From contig CM120641.1 of assembly GCA_051362555.1 (NCBI GenBank), forward strand, positions 7,750,001 through 7,814,000: a DNA stretch of 64,000 nucleotides. Reading direction: 5' to 3'. Positions 39,301 through 52,796 of the stretch are shown here, in pieces. The stretch is from Lingula anatina. Taxonomy: Eukaryota; Animalia; Brachiopoda. The notes beneath the pieces were generated by a model. It had not been told where the DNA came from. It saw nothing but the letters and a program-made list of their open reading frames with translations, and did not search any database. How positions within the stretch are numbered: position 1 is the first letter of the stretch; each line of letters opens with the position of its first letter. Made by a program: the position numbers and the translations under genes.

Positions 39301-42300
39301 CTTGTCCTAGGATAGAGACTATTTTGCTTCTTTATTCCATCAGAAATCAGGTCAGCCAATGTCACCCAGCCAAATAAGGAAACCGTGTCTGATAACTGTA
39401 CCAGTTGACATAGATACTAGAAATCGATTTATTATATCCACATCAATGCATGGAATTTTGCTTCTATTTTCATAAGAGATAGAATGGCATATTTGATAAT
39501 GACAGCTGTCCTGAACAAGGGAGTGAATTTTGGCAAAAAAAAGAATCCAACGCAATTTGTGGTATCTGACTACCTTTTCCGTGACATTAAAGTTGATCAT
39601 GGTGTTGATTTACAATTGATCCGAAAATCGCATGATGTTTTTTTTTTCTTTTTAAGAAATATGAGGGTTCTGAATTAGATTTCGACACAAAGATATAAAA
39701 TAATCAACTAAGATTTCCATAATAAAATAAATGAAAAGGTGTCAATTTGGAAAAAATAAATTAGTAAAGAAACTACTTTCACAGATTTTGATAATCACGA
39801 AAATAAAGCAAATCAATGCATAACTTCAAACTGTCTGATAATGAATCAAAACAGACAATTGGAAAAACAAATTTATAATTATTAATTTTTTATCATTAGC
39901 GACAGCTTCGTTTCGGGTATCGGTCGTAAGTAGCAAAATCGACACCCTTGCATTAATTTACATTTACGAAAGTTTCCTGAATTCATTAAAGTCAATTTTA
40001 AAATTTAGCCACGAAATTCGGTACAAAAACTAGAATTTGTAAGCAAATGCATGACCAAACTGTTTCATTCTTGGTTTAGAAATAGGAAGGGCGCAGTAAA
40101 TTTGTCCTTTTTGGCATTGAGGAGCAGCTAGTCTGAATACAGCAAAACTATCACCTGGCTCGCGCTAAAAAGACATGCCTAGAATCTAGACTATAAGCAA
40201 CTGAAATTAGACTTGTCAGGCGGGGCAAAGGAGCAGACGATCAGAGCATGTTTTTTGGGTGAAACGGATGGCAGCTTTAGTTATGTTATTCGTAGGTCTA
40301 GAAAGAAAAGTTATGGAGTGAAAGCTGCGCAGCACATGGTGCATATTAAAAATAACAAAATTAGTAAAAGAGGTTGTTATTGGTTTTTTAAGAATTCTGG
40401 TTAAAGAAATAAAGAATCCCGGTTCCAATAAGCAGTAAAACTCAATAAAGGTGTGTTTGGATTTCTCCTTTTTTATCCAGCCAGTTGGTCGTAACTTTGG
40501 CGATTTTTAAAAAGATATTTAAACGCACACAATTGCACAAGACATAATATATATGAGTTTATAGATATTTTAAACATCAGACAACAAATGTCAACATGTT
40601 CACATTTCAATATTGGAACATATTGCACATATTGACATATGTAAAACACACATACACTCATGGCAATAAATATCTATATTAAAAAAAACTAGAATATCGC
40701 ATTGATAAATAAAGAAAACATCATTTATCAAAAGCTATGAATTCAAAAAAAAGTACATGATTTAAAAGTCGTTGTCAACAGAAACGAGTATTATTATATT
40801 CGTATTAATCAAATACCCTTTTGCTTGGGCGCTGGAAGGCATGGTTGCTTCCCCATGAAAACATTTCAAATGAGTAGATCAAAGTAGCATTGAAAACTGG
40901 GATAATTTGCAGGTGTGTAAACTCCATTGTGAAACCGGTATACGTGATTTTACCTTGCTCACCATCAGCAGCGCTAGGGGTGTTTTTATCGGAGTTAACT
41001 GACTGTAAGACTGACGAACTAATTATTATATAGATTTGTTTTGCCGTCCCAGTTGAAATATGCAAAAAGTTGAAACGATATTGTTGTAAGGCCATTATCA
41101 CAGGAAGGGCGCGTCGGGGGCAAGTTTCTCACAATAAATACAGTTACATTCTTTAAATTTGGATTTATTTACAGTCGGGGATTAACAGTCCAGTAGCAAT
41201 ATTTGCACTTTGGATTTTGGGTTATTTCCCTTCTCTCAATTGCTGAATAAATAGAGAGATGTTGAAAAAGGTAACCTCAAATTTCCCATGGCAATATATA
41301 CTTGCCGACTATCTACCCGCTTGACACCACACCACGACGTATGGCCATTGTTAAATTGTTACAAAGATTTCTTGTGTACATTTCAACTGGGGGTGGAGGG
41401 TTAAGTATGAAAGCGGTATTGTAGATGTATTGAATATAGCCACGTTTGAGAGCTCACTATTACAATCTTCAAGTCTTCGTAAGTGCGAAAGATGATGGCC
41501 AAATTCCTTGTTATGTGCTCAAATTTCCGCCCTGTATAAAATCATTATGTTTGCTGTAAAGGATCGGACAGAAGTTGAATCAATCAATCACTCCTCACAT
41601 AGTATTACCACTGTCACTGGACTTACGTTCAAGAATACTAACTTCAAATACTAAATATATTGGAGTTTTGGCATAGAGCACGGAGCATATTTTTTGTGTG
41701 GAACTTTAATTACTAGATGCTTTGAAGTTAATGTATAAAAATCTTTGGAAGATATTATGAAGCAAGCAAATTTATGGACATACGTTGTTATACTGTGTGG
41801 CCTTGTAATTATTTTATGCCACGGAAATATGCAAAGGGCATCTTTGCATTCGTTTGAGAGAGAGAAAGAGAGAGAGAGAGTGCCATCTCTCACGACCTAA
41901 CCGTGAGCTAAGACGGGCATTGGTAGGTCCTAGCCGTGAGCGAGAATGTGATGAACAACAGAACGCATTTTATGTCACAGGAGTAATAAATTATACGAAG
42001 GTCGTTAATTTCCTACAAGCCGTGGTAACAGTTTAATATGGGATAAATATCGCAACATCTAGCTATTTATATTTCGAATCATTTTAAAAAAGGAAAGTCT
42101 TAAGTGAAATATTTTAATAATTTGTTAGTGCCTCAGAAAGGTCTATTAGTTAATATGTAACAGATGTCTCAAACGTTTAGACCTGGATTTACTGATAAAA
42201 AGGGTATGGGTTATTAGTGCTACAATAACGCTGACAATCAGAACACTTCGTCCACACAATATAGCAACACCGAATTGACACTTCGATGTTAGCGAGTAAG

Positions 42301-45300
42301 TCTTATGGGCTTTATAATTATATACCAGCGCATACCTTAACTGGGTAATTGTAAATACCTATCATTGGCAAACTGTATCAACACTTAGGATCTGACCAAC
42401 GCCACGTAACACCTTAACAATCGTTTGATCTTTATCGCACCAAGCTCCCAGCTTGACCGGGGGTGAAGGGAGACACCCGTCCATATATAGAAAAACAGTT
42501 TATTGCTTTCGTGCAACGTTTTTAAGAATGTCTTTCCTTTGAGAGAGTACAGTAAGCCTTAAGTTCTAAGTTTGCCGCGGTGTTTGATTGTAAATTTACT
42601 CTTTTGTATCTTCACAGTTTGGTGTGAGAAACGGTGGCCCGAGTTCTTTGTTAATTGAGGTTATCGCATATTTTTTTTCATCAAGACGCAACAATTGCTA
42701 AGAAGCTAATAGGATATCACCGAACGCACGGGAGAAAATTACTTGCGATAGAAAAACTGAAAGTCGAGCGTGAGTCTACGGGTGCGATAACAGAAAGAAA
42801 ACAAGAGTCAGGTTGCTATGAAAACCACCTTCTCTGTATCCCTCTAAAGAACGCACCGTACACCTTTTCGGTACCTTCTTATTTGTGAAATAAACATAGA
42901 GGCGAGGTCGTGAGATATAATAGACTGACACATTTCAGAGTTCAATTTGCAGGAAATTGGTATGGTCGGAGAAAAATATATTCATGGGTGTTTTTTCTTT
43001 ACTTTGCTGTTCCGAAGCTTTCGTGTATTCAAAGTTGTAATTAACTCTGGTTTTCGAAAAATACTTCCACGTGATGGTTTCAATGGTGTTGATGAAGAAA
43101 TAAAAGATTGATCATGTTATCGATGAAAGTACGTTTGTTCCCGTTACACAAGACCCGCGGGTCGTGCACCGAACACGACACCCAGATTGGATGCAAATGG
43201 TGATGACATGAGCTCTTGCTTACATTAACCGATAATGGTATCAATCGCTACTTCATTATAACGTATAATTTTCATAAACATTGCAAAAATGCCTGTCTTT
43301 GAGCTCAAGACAAATATTTCTGCAATACGATGCCTGCATCTCTACTTCTTTGCACGTCGAACATTTAGTATGACCAACGTTATGCAATGTGTAATTTGAA
43401 TCTGGAAAAGGATTCTGTCATCAAACGTTTGTTCTGAGCGTCGACGTGCGAAAGGAATAAATATCCACCATCACCCCTTGAAAAGACACAAGAGAGCACA
43501 CCGCCACTTAAAAACAGTACAAGTCTGGTGCTTGAACCATGGCAGAAAGTTTTACGACAAAGATCTCTCCTATATCACCGTTAATCTAGACGGAGGTGAT
43601 TTATTCCAATGTCTGCTGCTCGTAAAAATACGACATACCTCTGGATCAGTTCGCATTTTGTCAAGCTCCACATTTCACGAGCGACCACGGCGTGGGTCTT
43701 ATGCGATGTACCTATTATAACAATTTAGATTGACAGATTTACAGCTATTTACAAAATATGTATTAAATGTTTATACATGAATTATGAGTATTTATCAATT
43801 TGTACGCGAGTAAATTGCCGGAAAACGCTATGTTATGTGTCCATTATACCGGACACAAAACCAACTATTTAAATCAGAAAGAAAAGCAAATGTCTGTCAA
43901 ATTAGATATTTACTTCTTACTTTAATGGGTACCGGCGATCACCTTCCACTGACACCTGTATAAATGATCAGAACAATAGACTGGAATTTACGAAAAATTA
44001 GATCTCTTCTCGTCATAACAAAAGGCCACCGCAATCGCGCTGCCAGCTGGGGGGAGAACGACACAGATGGCCGGAAGTGAAGCGAAGTTTAAATGCTTGA
44101 TATCATGTAATCGAAATACTAACTTTTGTCACCCTATTGTTTTCCAGCAGGGCAGATCCGCATAGAACATGTTGATACAAGCCGCAAGATTGGTCGGTAT
44201 TCATATATTGATTCAGCAATTAATTTTCACTTTACAGGCTTTGTAAGTAATATATTTATCTTTATGCTGAAGTGAAATGAAGATTACTGCAGGTTGTTTT
44301 CACTAGTATTGAGAGATGTTTTTTCAAGGCGCGTCATTTTGAATCACCATGTGAGTTCCTTCCTGCTCTTAAACGACTATTCTTTTGCGTAGAATGATCT
44401 GATCCCCTGTAAGAATATCTCCTCTTCCCATTAAAGTGAACGAAGTGAATCATTCAACTTCTTGGCCTTGGGCGATCATAGGGGGCAAGATACGTTAAAG
44501 GTGTCGAACAATAAAGAATTTAATGGCACTCTCTAATTGACTCTTTTTACCGAGTGACACTGAGGGCACAAAAGTTCTGTCGGCAAAAACACACAGGAGA
44601 ATTTTTCACAAAGTCACTGCTTTGACAGTGTAAATTTGCACTCGATCGTTTTGGCAAATACAACATACAATGATACTACAATCTGCCCTACAAAAGAAGA
44701 GAGGGGAATAGTGCGTGCCGCTGTTATTTTTATTTCTCCCGATTATTTATTTTCCAATGCTCTCTAGACTAAAATTTAACACGGGATGTGTAGTCACGAA
44801 TCCATCTTTATTGTAAGACGGGAGAAAGTACACAGCAAGTAATTATCGTCGTCTCTCATTTGCCTTTTTATACCTTTATAAACCGCGAGGGCAAATTTTA
44901 CTATCCTTGTATGAGCCAAATTGGCCGAATTCCATGAACCGAGACACAGGTGCACCGTCTTTTTTTGTCAAGTGACAGGTAAAAAGGAAGAAATCAGTAA
45001 AGTAAAGGGGAGACAATAGAGATAATGTGAAAAAATTACGCATGTGTTACTGGCTCTATCTTAACAAGCTGGCTGATAATGTTAACAGTCGACTAGGTGT
45101 GAACCAGAAAGATAGACAGAGATACTGAGGGGGTTGTCAAGCGGAACGTTCAGGGGTTTGTAGTTCATCTGTGCACCTGTGACCCGTGAAAATCACTGCG
45201 GGATCCGAGAAGAAAAGAGGGCTTTGTCGTACAATTGATGTCAAATCAAGACGCCCGTGATTACAAAACTTCTTGAAAGTTTAAAATACAGAGGCGACAC

Positions 45301-48300
45301 AAGTCGCATTTCATCACATTTTTGCCCCACCACTAACTTTTTACCGCAGACAGATTTCTTTGTTATCGTCTCTATGATTTTGATTGTGCCACCTTTCTCA
45401 GTGATTTCTGTCTCTCGGCGAGTGGTCATTTCCCTCGTGTGTTAAGTGTGTCAATCACCGCCTGTTAAGGAATTCTTTTCAATTAATGACTTCACAATCG
45501 ACTGCCCATCGCTGCTGTTTACCGATTCAATGATTAGCCACTTAGAGTAGGTGTGAAACGCTGTCACTGTCAATTAAGCTCGATGCTAATTGGACGATAA
45601 AAATGATATGTCGTAGTGCAGCTATATTCTTGCCTGGGGTAACAACTAGGATTTGGTAGGAGGAGATGTGATTCTTTTGATGTATTTCTCATATGCTTTG
45701 GGCATATTCAACATATAATCCTGCAAATATCATCCACATATGCTACAGGTAATTTGAGCCGTCTGAAGTTGGGGTGATCACGATGGCATAGCTCGTTTTT
45801 ATATAAAAAAGAATAAAAAACAGTGTTCTTTTTTGCTTTAAGCCGGGAAAAAGGTAAAGGCCCAAGTCTCATTGTAACAACAACGAAGCCGCCCCTTCCA
45901 GGTCATGAATGATTAAAAGACAAACAGACAAACACATTAGAACCCTTAAGCTACCAAAAGTGCAGGTTCCGCTTTTTAAGTCACGGTAATTGTCCCACCC
46001 TTAGTGAAGAAGTGTTAACCGCCTGTGGCGGACCCATGAGTAAGAGGAAAAGGAGTTGAATTGAGCTATACATTTTGAATTGAACCAAAACGTTTGTATG
46101 CTATACCATTACCCTGTGTTACTCGATAGTCCAAATAAATACCAGCGTAAAAGCTTAAAGTTTAGGTAAGCGCCAAGCTTCCAGTTGCAAGTATCCCTCT
46201 TTAACTTGATGAAGTAGCGGTAGTTTCCCGTAAAGATTTACGAGTGAAGAACGATATCTGTGCTTGTGGTGTGTTGATGTGCATAACATATAAATATTGA
46301 AGGGTATTAACTCTCTGTTGAAAGTTCAGGAGTAAATATGCAGAGGGAGGGAAAAGTATCCGCAATTGTGGGGATTAATTGGGTGCCTGATCGCTTACCA
46401 CTAGCAGCCAGCCCATCAAAGGTTTTAACACGTCAGGAAACACGTGAAGCGTTAACACACGAAACATTCGTGCTTGGTCCGGAGGCAAATAACGAGCTAC
46501 TACTAACAAGATGGTCGGGGATAAACCAGTTATACGGATTAAGGGTCAGAGTATGTGTGAAAAAAGAGACAATATTTGCGAGCTTAATTAAATTTCGAGA
46601 TCGCGTTCACTCCCTTTCTATCATCTCATCTCCTGCTTTCGAGTGCGCTCTGAGAGCAGTGACATAATGTTATCAATGATAAAGCCAAATTTTCCCTTTT
46701 TTCATTCAAAAATGTTCACCCCACTGCTAAAACGCATTTATGCTATCAGAATGAGCTTAACGACTGCATGTGTGCTCTAATTACACCTTTCCCAAAAATA
46801 TAGATGTTGAGACTCCATAGCACTCTGGTATTCATCCTTACAAACCACTTCATATTTGTCAAGATCTTATTTCATCACTTCTGTAGTTCAACTCAGCGAC
46901 GCACGCTTAGGATTTCAGAGATTGACAATTCGTCCGCAAAAATTTTTTTTTTCAGTCATCAAGGTCTGCGTAGTTCTTTTACACGTAGATGGTAGATGCC
47001 TATACCAAACCCGATTTTAAGAAAACAAACAACTATCGCTGGTGCAATCACGATTAGGGACATTAGAGTATATATGACAAGGCGTATCGTATTTCATCAA
47101 GTTTTTACTGAAAACATTCGGATATTATTAAGAGCACATTCCCGCCGGCCAAAGAGCTAGGGGTTGGAAAAAAACTTTTCATTCATACATTAGTATTTGC
47201 TCCATAAAATAGACATTTTAACGCCCTGCTCTTGTTAGTGACATACGCCTGAGATGTGAAAAGGTCGTTTAGAAAGAACCACAAACAAAACATCACATTC
47301 GTCTTGTTAGGAAAAGGGGTTGGTGTTTTGACAATCGGGCGATGTACGAGTTGGCGGGGACATACATCGATGAGTTGACTGAAAGCTGCGACGAGCTGTG
47401 GGGATTAAGCCATGTGGGAAAACACTTGGGGATTATACAGACAAACCCAACAAGCAATTATACAAAAAAGACAGAGAGAAAAACGATGTGTGGAAAAGCT
47501 TCACATTTCTACACAGCGTTTTAATCAATGAGAGATGTTCTCGGAAGGAGGAAAAAATCGAAGTAAATGAAAAAGGTCTCTGTATTAATTCGCACTTTGC
47601 TGAATGCTTTAATTTACATTCCGAAAAGTAATAGCACTTCCTGTGATTGACAGGCCCTTGATAACAATCTATCTTCAATCTTAACAAGCTGAAACCGATT
47701 TCAGGGAGGAAACAAGAAGTTGAATGAATGAATCTCTGCCGTAGATAGAGAGATAATAAGAACCATCTCCCTGGCTTCTTTTAGCTCTGGTAGGTCGTAA
47801 GAGACAAAGGTACATACAGTAATTGAAAGCAACGGATAGTATATCCACAATAAATAAATTTTATGAAGAACAGAACTCGGTAATAAATAAGACTGAACTG
47901 ACATGTGCAAGGGGTGTTTGGGGGCTTTGATGTTTGTGGTTGTTGAAAGGTACGACTCGGCCACATGAGCTGAGAGCGGTATGTTTCTTTAGTCCTAGAC
48001 ACGCGTTTCAGAGCGAACTGGTGTAATTATGAGAGGAATTCGGGGATTTTTCTCGCACTGTTTCATCCTGTCCACAGTTAGCAGGTTTATGTCGTCTCGC
48101 AATACACTCCATGCTTTATGGGAGGTCAAGTTATTATAACGTGAATGAGTGAGGAGGCCGCGAACGATAGGTGATACTTAAATTATGAAAAATTACCCGT
48201 TTCTCTGACAGCTTCTTATCTTTTCCATCTACACCTACTGATGAGTTAAATGAAGCCCTTACCTAGGTAAAGGATAAGATCTACTGACAATTCGGAATAT

Positions 48301-49405
48301 TTACTAACATTCTTTTCATGGAATTGTTGGTTTACAGAGAAAGTGAGAACTTACCGACACACTCGTTGGCTTTCTGATCAGTAGCCCGCGCCCAGGGTCG
48401 GTCGAAGTGGAAAGGCTTGCACCGCTCACAGTCTGTCCCTGCGGTGTTATGTTTACACTCGCAGGCAAGGGTACCGTCTCGGTTGATATTACATTTCGAA
48501 GCGTGGCCATTACATTTGCATCGTCCTCCCACCGCAAAATCAGCCAAAGAGTAGTAGAAATTATCCTTTGCCTTGTCGACATTTTCATCGATGGTTCGAA
48601 GGCGGTTGAAAACCACGCGGATGTCTGTCGCTGTAACCCAGTCTTGAAGCACGGGACTGTTCATAAAATCATAAGCCGAGGGTCGCCCTTCCAGGGTGCT
48701 AAACGCCACTCTCCCCCCACTGATGGGTTCGGGGGAATTACTGTTAATATCAGTACACAGTGCCTCCTGCTCGTTGGCCTTAGTTATCATCCCCCTGGGG
48801 GGCTTGCCGTACATTTCTTTGCACTGACTTGAGTAATACTGGAAAGGTACCCAACTTCTGCCGTGGTCCACACTTTTGTATAAAGCCATGGATTCAGGTC
48901 TCGGCGAACAAAATTGTAGGCTGATGTAAGTGAGTTCAAACTTCTTCGCCAGACTCAGGGTGAGGGTGACGTTATTTGGGTATTGGACGAACGGCTCGGA
49001 CATCCAACACGTTAAGTTATTGGGGTTGTTTAAGTCGGTAAGATAGCTCGGAGGATGCATCCTTTTAGGGTGTTTAGCATCACAAATATCACAATGCATA
49101 GCCTTGAATTTATCGACACTGGGCGAAACTTGGCAAAAGCGATTTGGAGGAGAGCCGCACGTGCTGGACGCTGTGATTTCTTTACCGAAAGCCGCATTGA
49201 CAAAGTCTGGAATGCATCTCTTCGGATTTCCCATTTCGTCGTAACAAGGATCGGGTGGATTTTGCTGGGCAGCAAACATAGTTAGAAAAGAGCTTGACGC
49301 TAAAGCTCCCTTGCTGAACAAAGTTAATAACAGGAATACGCCGAGTAGGGCCTGTGTATGAAAATCCCTTGATAAAGTCCAGGTTTTTATTCCTCGCGTG
49401 TTCAT
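28324..49405 (-). CDS. NTN1: Netrin (netrin-1/UNC-6 family), ~612 aa with one LE2 exon (~675 aa if both)
   Basis: Exons (-): 48355-49405 (signal peptide, laminin VI domain, LE1; [36 protein letters not shown]), LE2a 38411-38599, LE2b 38176-38364, LE3 33693-33842 (ACDCHPIG...[17 protein letters not shown]), 36-bp linker 29451-29486, 29198-29281, and NTR/C345C 28324-28652 ([29 protein letters not shown]). All junctions are phase 1. Confidence 0.95.
36304..36350. repeat. (TA)n microsatellite
   Basis: About 23 tandem TA units. Confidence 0.95.
38176..38364 (-). CDS. Netrin LE2/V-2 exon, copy b
   Basis: ttgcag|CC TGC AAT...AAA G|gtaaac; 189 bp; [63 protein letters not shown]. Confidence 0.9.
38411..38599 (-). 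CDS. Netrin LE2/V-2 exon, copy a
   Basis: tttcag|CC TGT AAC...AAA G|gtatag; 189 bp; [63 protein letters not shown]. Confidence 0.92.
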
Positions 49406-49859
49406 CGTGAAATGATATTGCGTATTTATGTCTGGTTCAATTATCTTAGACTATTAAAGAGCACTGACTTACCACTGCAGCTGCAAACTTATCTTTCACT
49501 AATCTCCAATATCTCCAAAGTTCCTTTGGCTCTGTTTATGTTTTATGCATTGGTTCACGGGTGTAGACGCATCCAATAAAAATGCGCTAATTGACGTTAC
49601 TTACTTTCAGACAAACGTGCATTGCAATGTTACTTCCACATCCTATATCGGTTTCACTATGAAATCAGCAGAAATCGGTAGCACTCACAAATCTTTTTGT
49701 GCCAGTAAAACAGAGAGCTCCTTGGTTAAGAGATGGTGTTCTCTGGGAAGACTGCAGTGATTTGAATCTTGTCACAGCTTGTCTAGGTTCACGTGGATGA
49801 CCAACTGAATGAGCTGCCTGCGGCTACCTTCGCCTGCTTTCCACGACCACTCCGAGTGT

Positions 49860-49910
49860 ACGAGTGGGCGGAGCTTATATCTATTCACTACGTCACTACC
49901 AATTAGAATA
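49860..49910 (-). promoter_or_regulatory. Putative netrin core promoter
   Basis: Clustered GC box (GGGCGGAG), TATA-like ATATAAG on the - strand, TGACGTA CRE-like site and a CCAAT box, about 470 bp upstream of the ATG. The TSS is not known. Confidence 0.4.
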
Positions 49911-52742
49911 CAAAATCTCAGCGAGTGAGAGCCGTGGAATAACTGTAGGTGTGGGAGGGAGTTCGTCGGTCTCAGTCCTCTCTGATATGTAAGAAAAAAA
50001 GATACACTAGTTCCGCTTGAGAAACATCACTAAATCTGCGCTCTGTGGCATTTATTTCACATAAACAACCGATTTTGTTTAGCACGCTGGGTTAAACATC
50101 GCAGTATCGTCCCTCTGGTTAAATGCGCCTCTTCCAACCCCATTATATGTCAATCAAATTTAATAAAGCCAATGATAATTTTATTGCCCAATCAACGTTC
50201 TGTGTCTGTGATGAATGCAAACCACTGCTTTAAGCTAAAACTCAAACATATACATTCGGATTTAGGAATATATAGAAAAAAGTAGCGATAATAACTCGAT
50301 ATCAAAATTCAGTCTCACGTTGCTGGTCTTTGATTTAAAACTTTTAAGTCCAGATGTGCGCTTAAATTCCGATTTATCACTTGACAAAGTATGTTGTGAA
50401 AGGGTTTTAACTTTAGTCATTAAATCACCGCACTGTTAATTAACTTTGTCATTTCGCCTTACTATTGTGGTGCTGGTATAAGCCGGTGGGTTAATAGTCG
50501 GGTTTTAATGTAAGGCTATTGTGAAAGAGCGAATGAATGCGAGTTCAATTGCGTTGTAATATGCGCGTGCACGCCTTGGGACTTGTGGGAGAACTAAACT
50601 ATTTCTTACTTAGAAATACCATCGTTTGCTAATCGGCGATCATTTGATTTTGACCTATTGAATTGCCAATTTCTCTTTTGCTGTGATTGACAGCCGAGAG
50701 CCGACAGCGCGAAGTTTCAATATAAGCTTGTTTACAAGGCCCCGCTTTTGTTACACACACTGCGGCTTTACAATGCTGTTGGGAATTTGCGCTTATTAGA
50801 GCCAAGTGCGAAAAGCAGCTATGTCAATATTTTTGTTCCTAAATTTGTGAGGGGATGTATGTATGAGGAAAGAAAATCGAGAGAATGGTGAAATACCGCT
50901 ATATAAAAGATCACCCTTCTTGTTTCGGTGCTCCGTTCTATGATCAATTAGAGCGGTTTTCTTTCCAATCACGCTCGTGCTGATTCAGATTTTTGGATAA
51001 ACTTATTTTTCCTTATCCACGGGCGAAATGGCTCAGAGCTGACGTGTAAAAGCGATAGTTTTACACTGTTTAATTGAATTTAGATTTGCACATTATCTAC
51101 TGTTTATGTGTGAGATTTCACACCTGACTTTGCTGCGGAGTAACATAATATTGTCTGGCAGGACTCCGTGTAATAGAACCAATTAAGCATACACTAAATT
51201 CTTCTTCGCACTCGGAAGCAGAAGGGTCCCGGCTCACTAAGCGTCTCAAAAATGGAAGCGCTTAAACAGACCAAATAACCTGTCGAACATCGCTATCCAT
51301 GGAGAAAATTGTCTTGGACTTTTACATATATCTACCACTCGGTGTGTTTGTAAAACACCCAAATAACATATTTAATAGCAGAATCAATTTGCTACAGTGA
51401 GCTTACAGCATAAAACAAGGTGCAAAGGACATTTCATAACTCCCTACCCCGTAGCTTTTAATAATAGTTGCCCCGGTAACTAGTCTATGCTCCTATGGGT
51501 GGGCTGTTAAGTTATATTTGTGTAACAGGCCCACCAACAATAAAACCCCATATGGTGAACGTTTGAGTTAATCGTGTAGAAATACCCAGCTGCGGTACAA
51601 GATTTTAATTTCGATTGGCTACTTCTGAAAGCAGTTTTAATTCAAAAGTTTAAAGTTAAACCTAGAATGATCTAAAATTAAGCGCTTTTGGTTACTTGTT
51701 TTTGGTTTCCTGGTGTTTAAGGCGTGGTAATGCCAGCATTTGGACTCGGTTGGCATTCATTCAGCTGTATAATGCTATAGAGCCTATGAACTGGAATCAC
51801 ATTGATTGCGATAGCTGTTCCTCTCTCACAAAACGCAATGATAACTTGCCGGTTCAGCAACGTCGTCCCAACTACCGCATTCCAGGCGAAGCTCATTACT
51901 GCTCTACAGCTCGATACCTGTCTTTACCCCTGAGCTTAAAACTGATGTGACACGATGTCTTCTTTCGTTGACCAAATGGTGCTTACTTGAAAGTTAAATA
52001 CTGCATTTGCACACGCTAAGTTTGTCCAGTTGAATAAACGGGGACATTTCCATTTTTACTATTTGTTTTTTATTTACTTACTTTAATATTTTTTTCGATG
52101 TGAAAGATGATAAAGAAAACCGGTTTAGCTCCCGTTTTGCACATATAGAAATTGAAGTTTATTAAAAGGTTATTTTAATATAATGTGTTTTGAGCCTTCG
52201 CATATATTTCAATAACTCAACATTTGTCAATATGGGCAAATTTAAGACGTTGCCACTTTTGTTTGTAAGAATGATTCTGATGCAAATTTTTGTTACACCG
52301 ATGGTAACTTGAACTTAACTTCTTTTTCTTTCATTATTCTCATGTTTTTATGACTTCAGTCTTAGTTTTCTTCTTTCTTAACTCTAAGCCTTTTAAAACA
52401 ACAGGGTTTTCCCATCAAAATATTAATAATGCACGGACCCATTGATGAGACGTTTAAGGATTGCAGATAATAGCTACATAAATGACAAAAACTGTAACCT
52501 GTTTTATTTAAGAGAGTGTTTTTCTCTTTTATCATGTTGGGTAATGCAAAGTTTGAAGACGACGCCTACTTGAGAATTTGTTTGTTAGCAGAAAAAAAAT
52601 GGCAAATAATGAAGATAAGATTGGCGTACAGTTCTAATTATATGATTATATGTAGTTTTGTATGACACCGAAATCTTATAAAATTTAATGGTTGACTTCC
52701 TGTGTGTTATTTTAGATATACACTATTCTGTAAAGTGTTTTC

Positions 52743-52744
<2 letters not shown>

Positions 52745-52790
<46 letters not shown>
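52745..52790. repeat. (CT)n microsatellite
   Basis: About 23 tandem CT units. Confidence 0.95.

Positions 52791-52796
<6 letters not shown>

Noticed and set aside
48316-49285. Overlapping and antisense ORFs within netrin exon 1
   Set aside because: They are by-products of a GC-richer coding exon and have no recognisable motifs.
49430-49480. Strong GTAAGT donor on the - strand in the netrin 5' leader
   Set aside because: The only plausible acceptor before the ATG would give an intron of about 40 nt, and nothing else indicates use.
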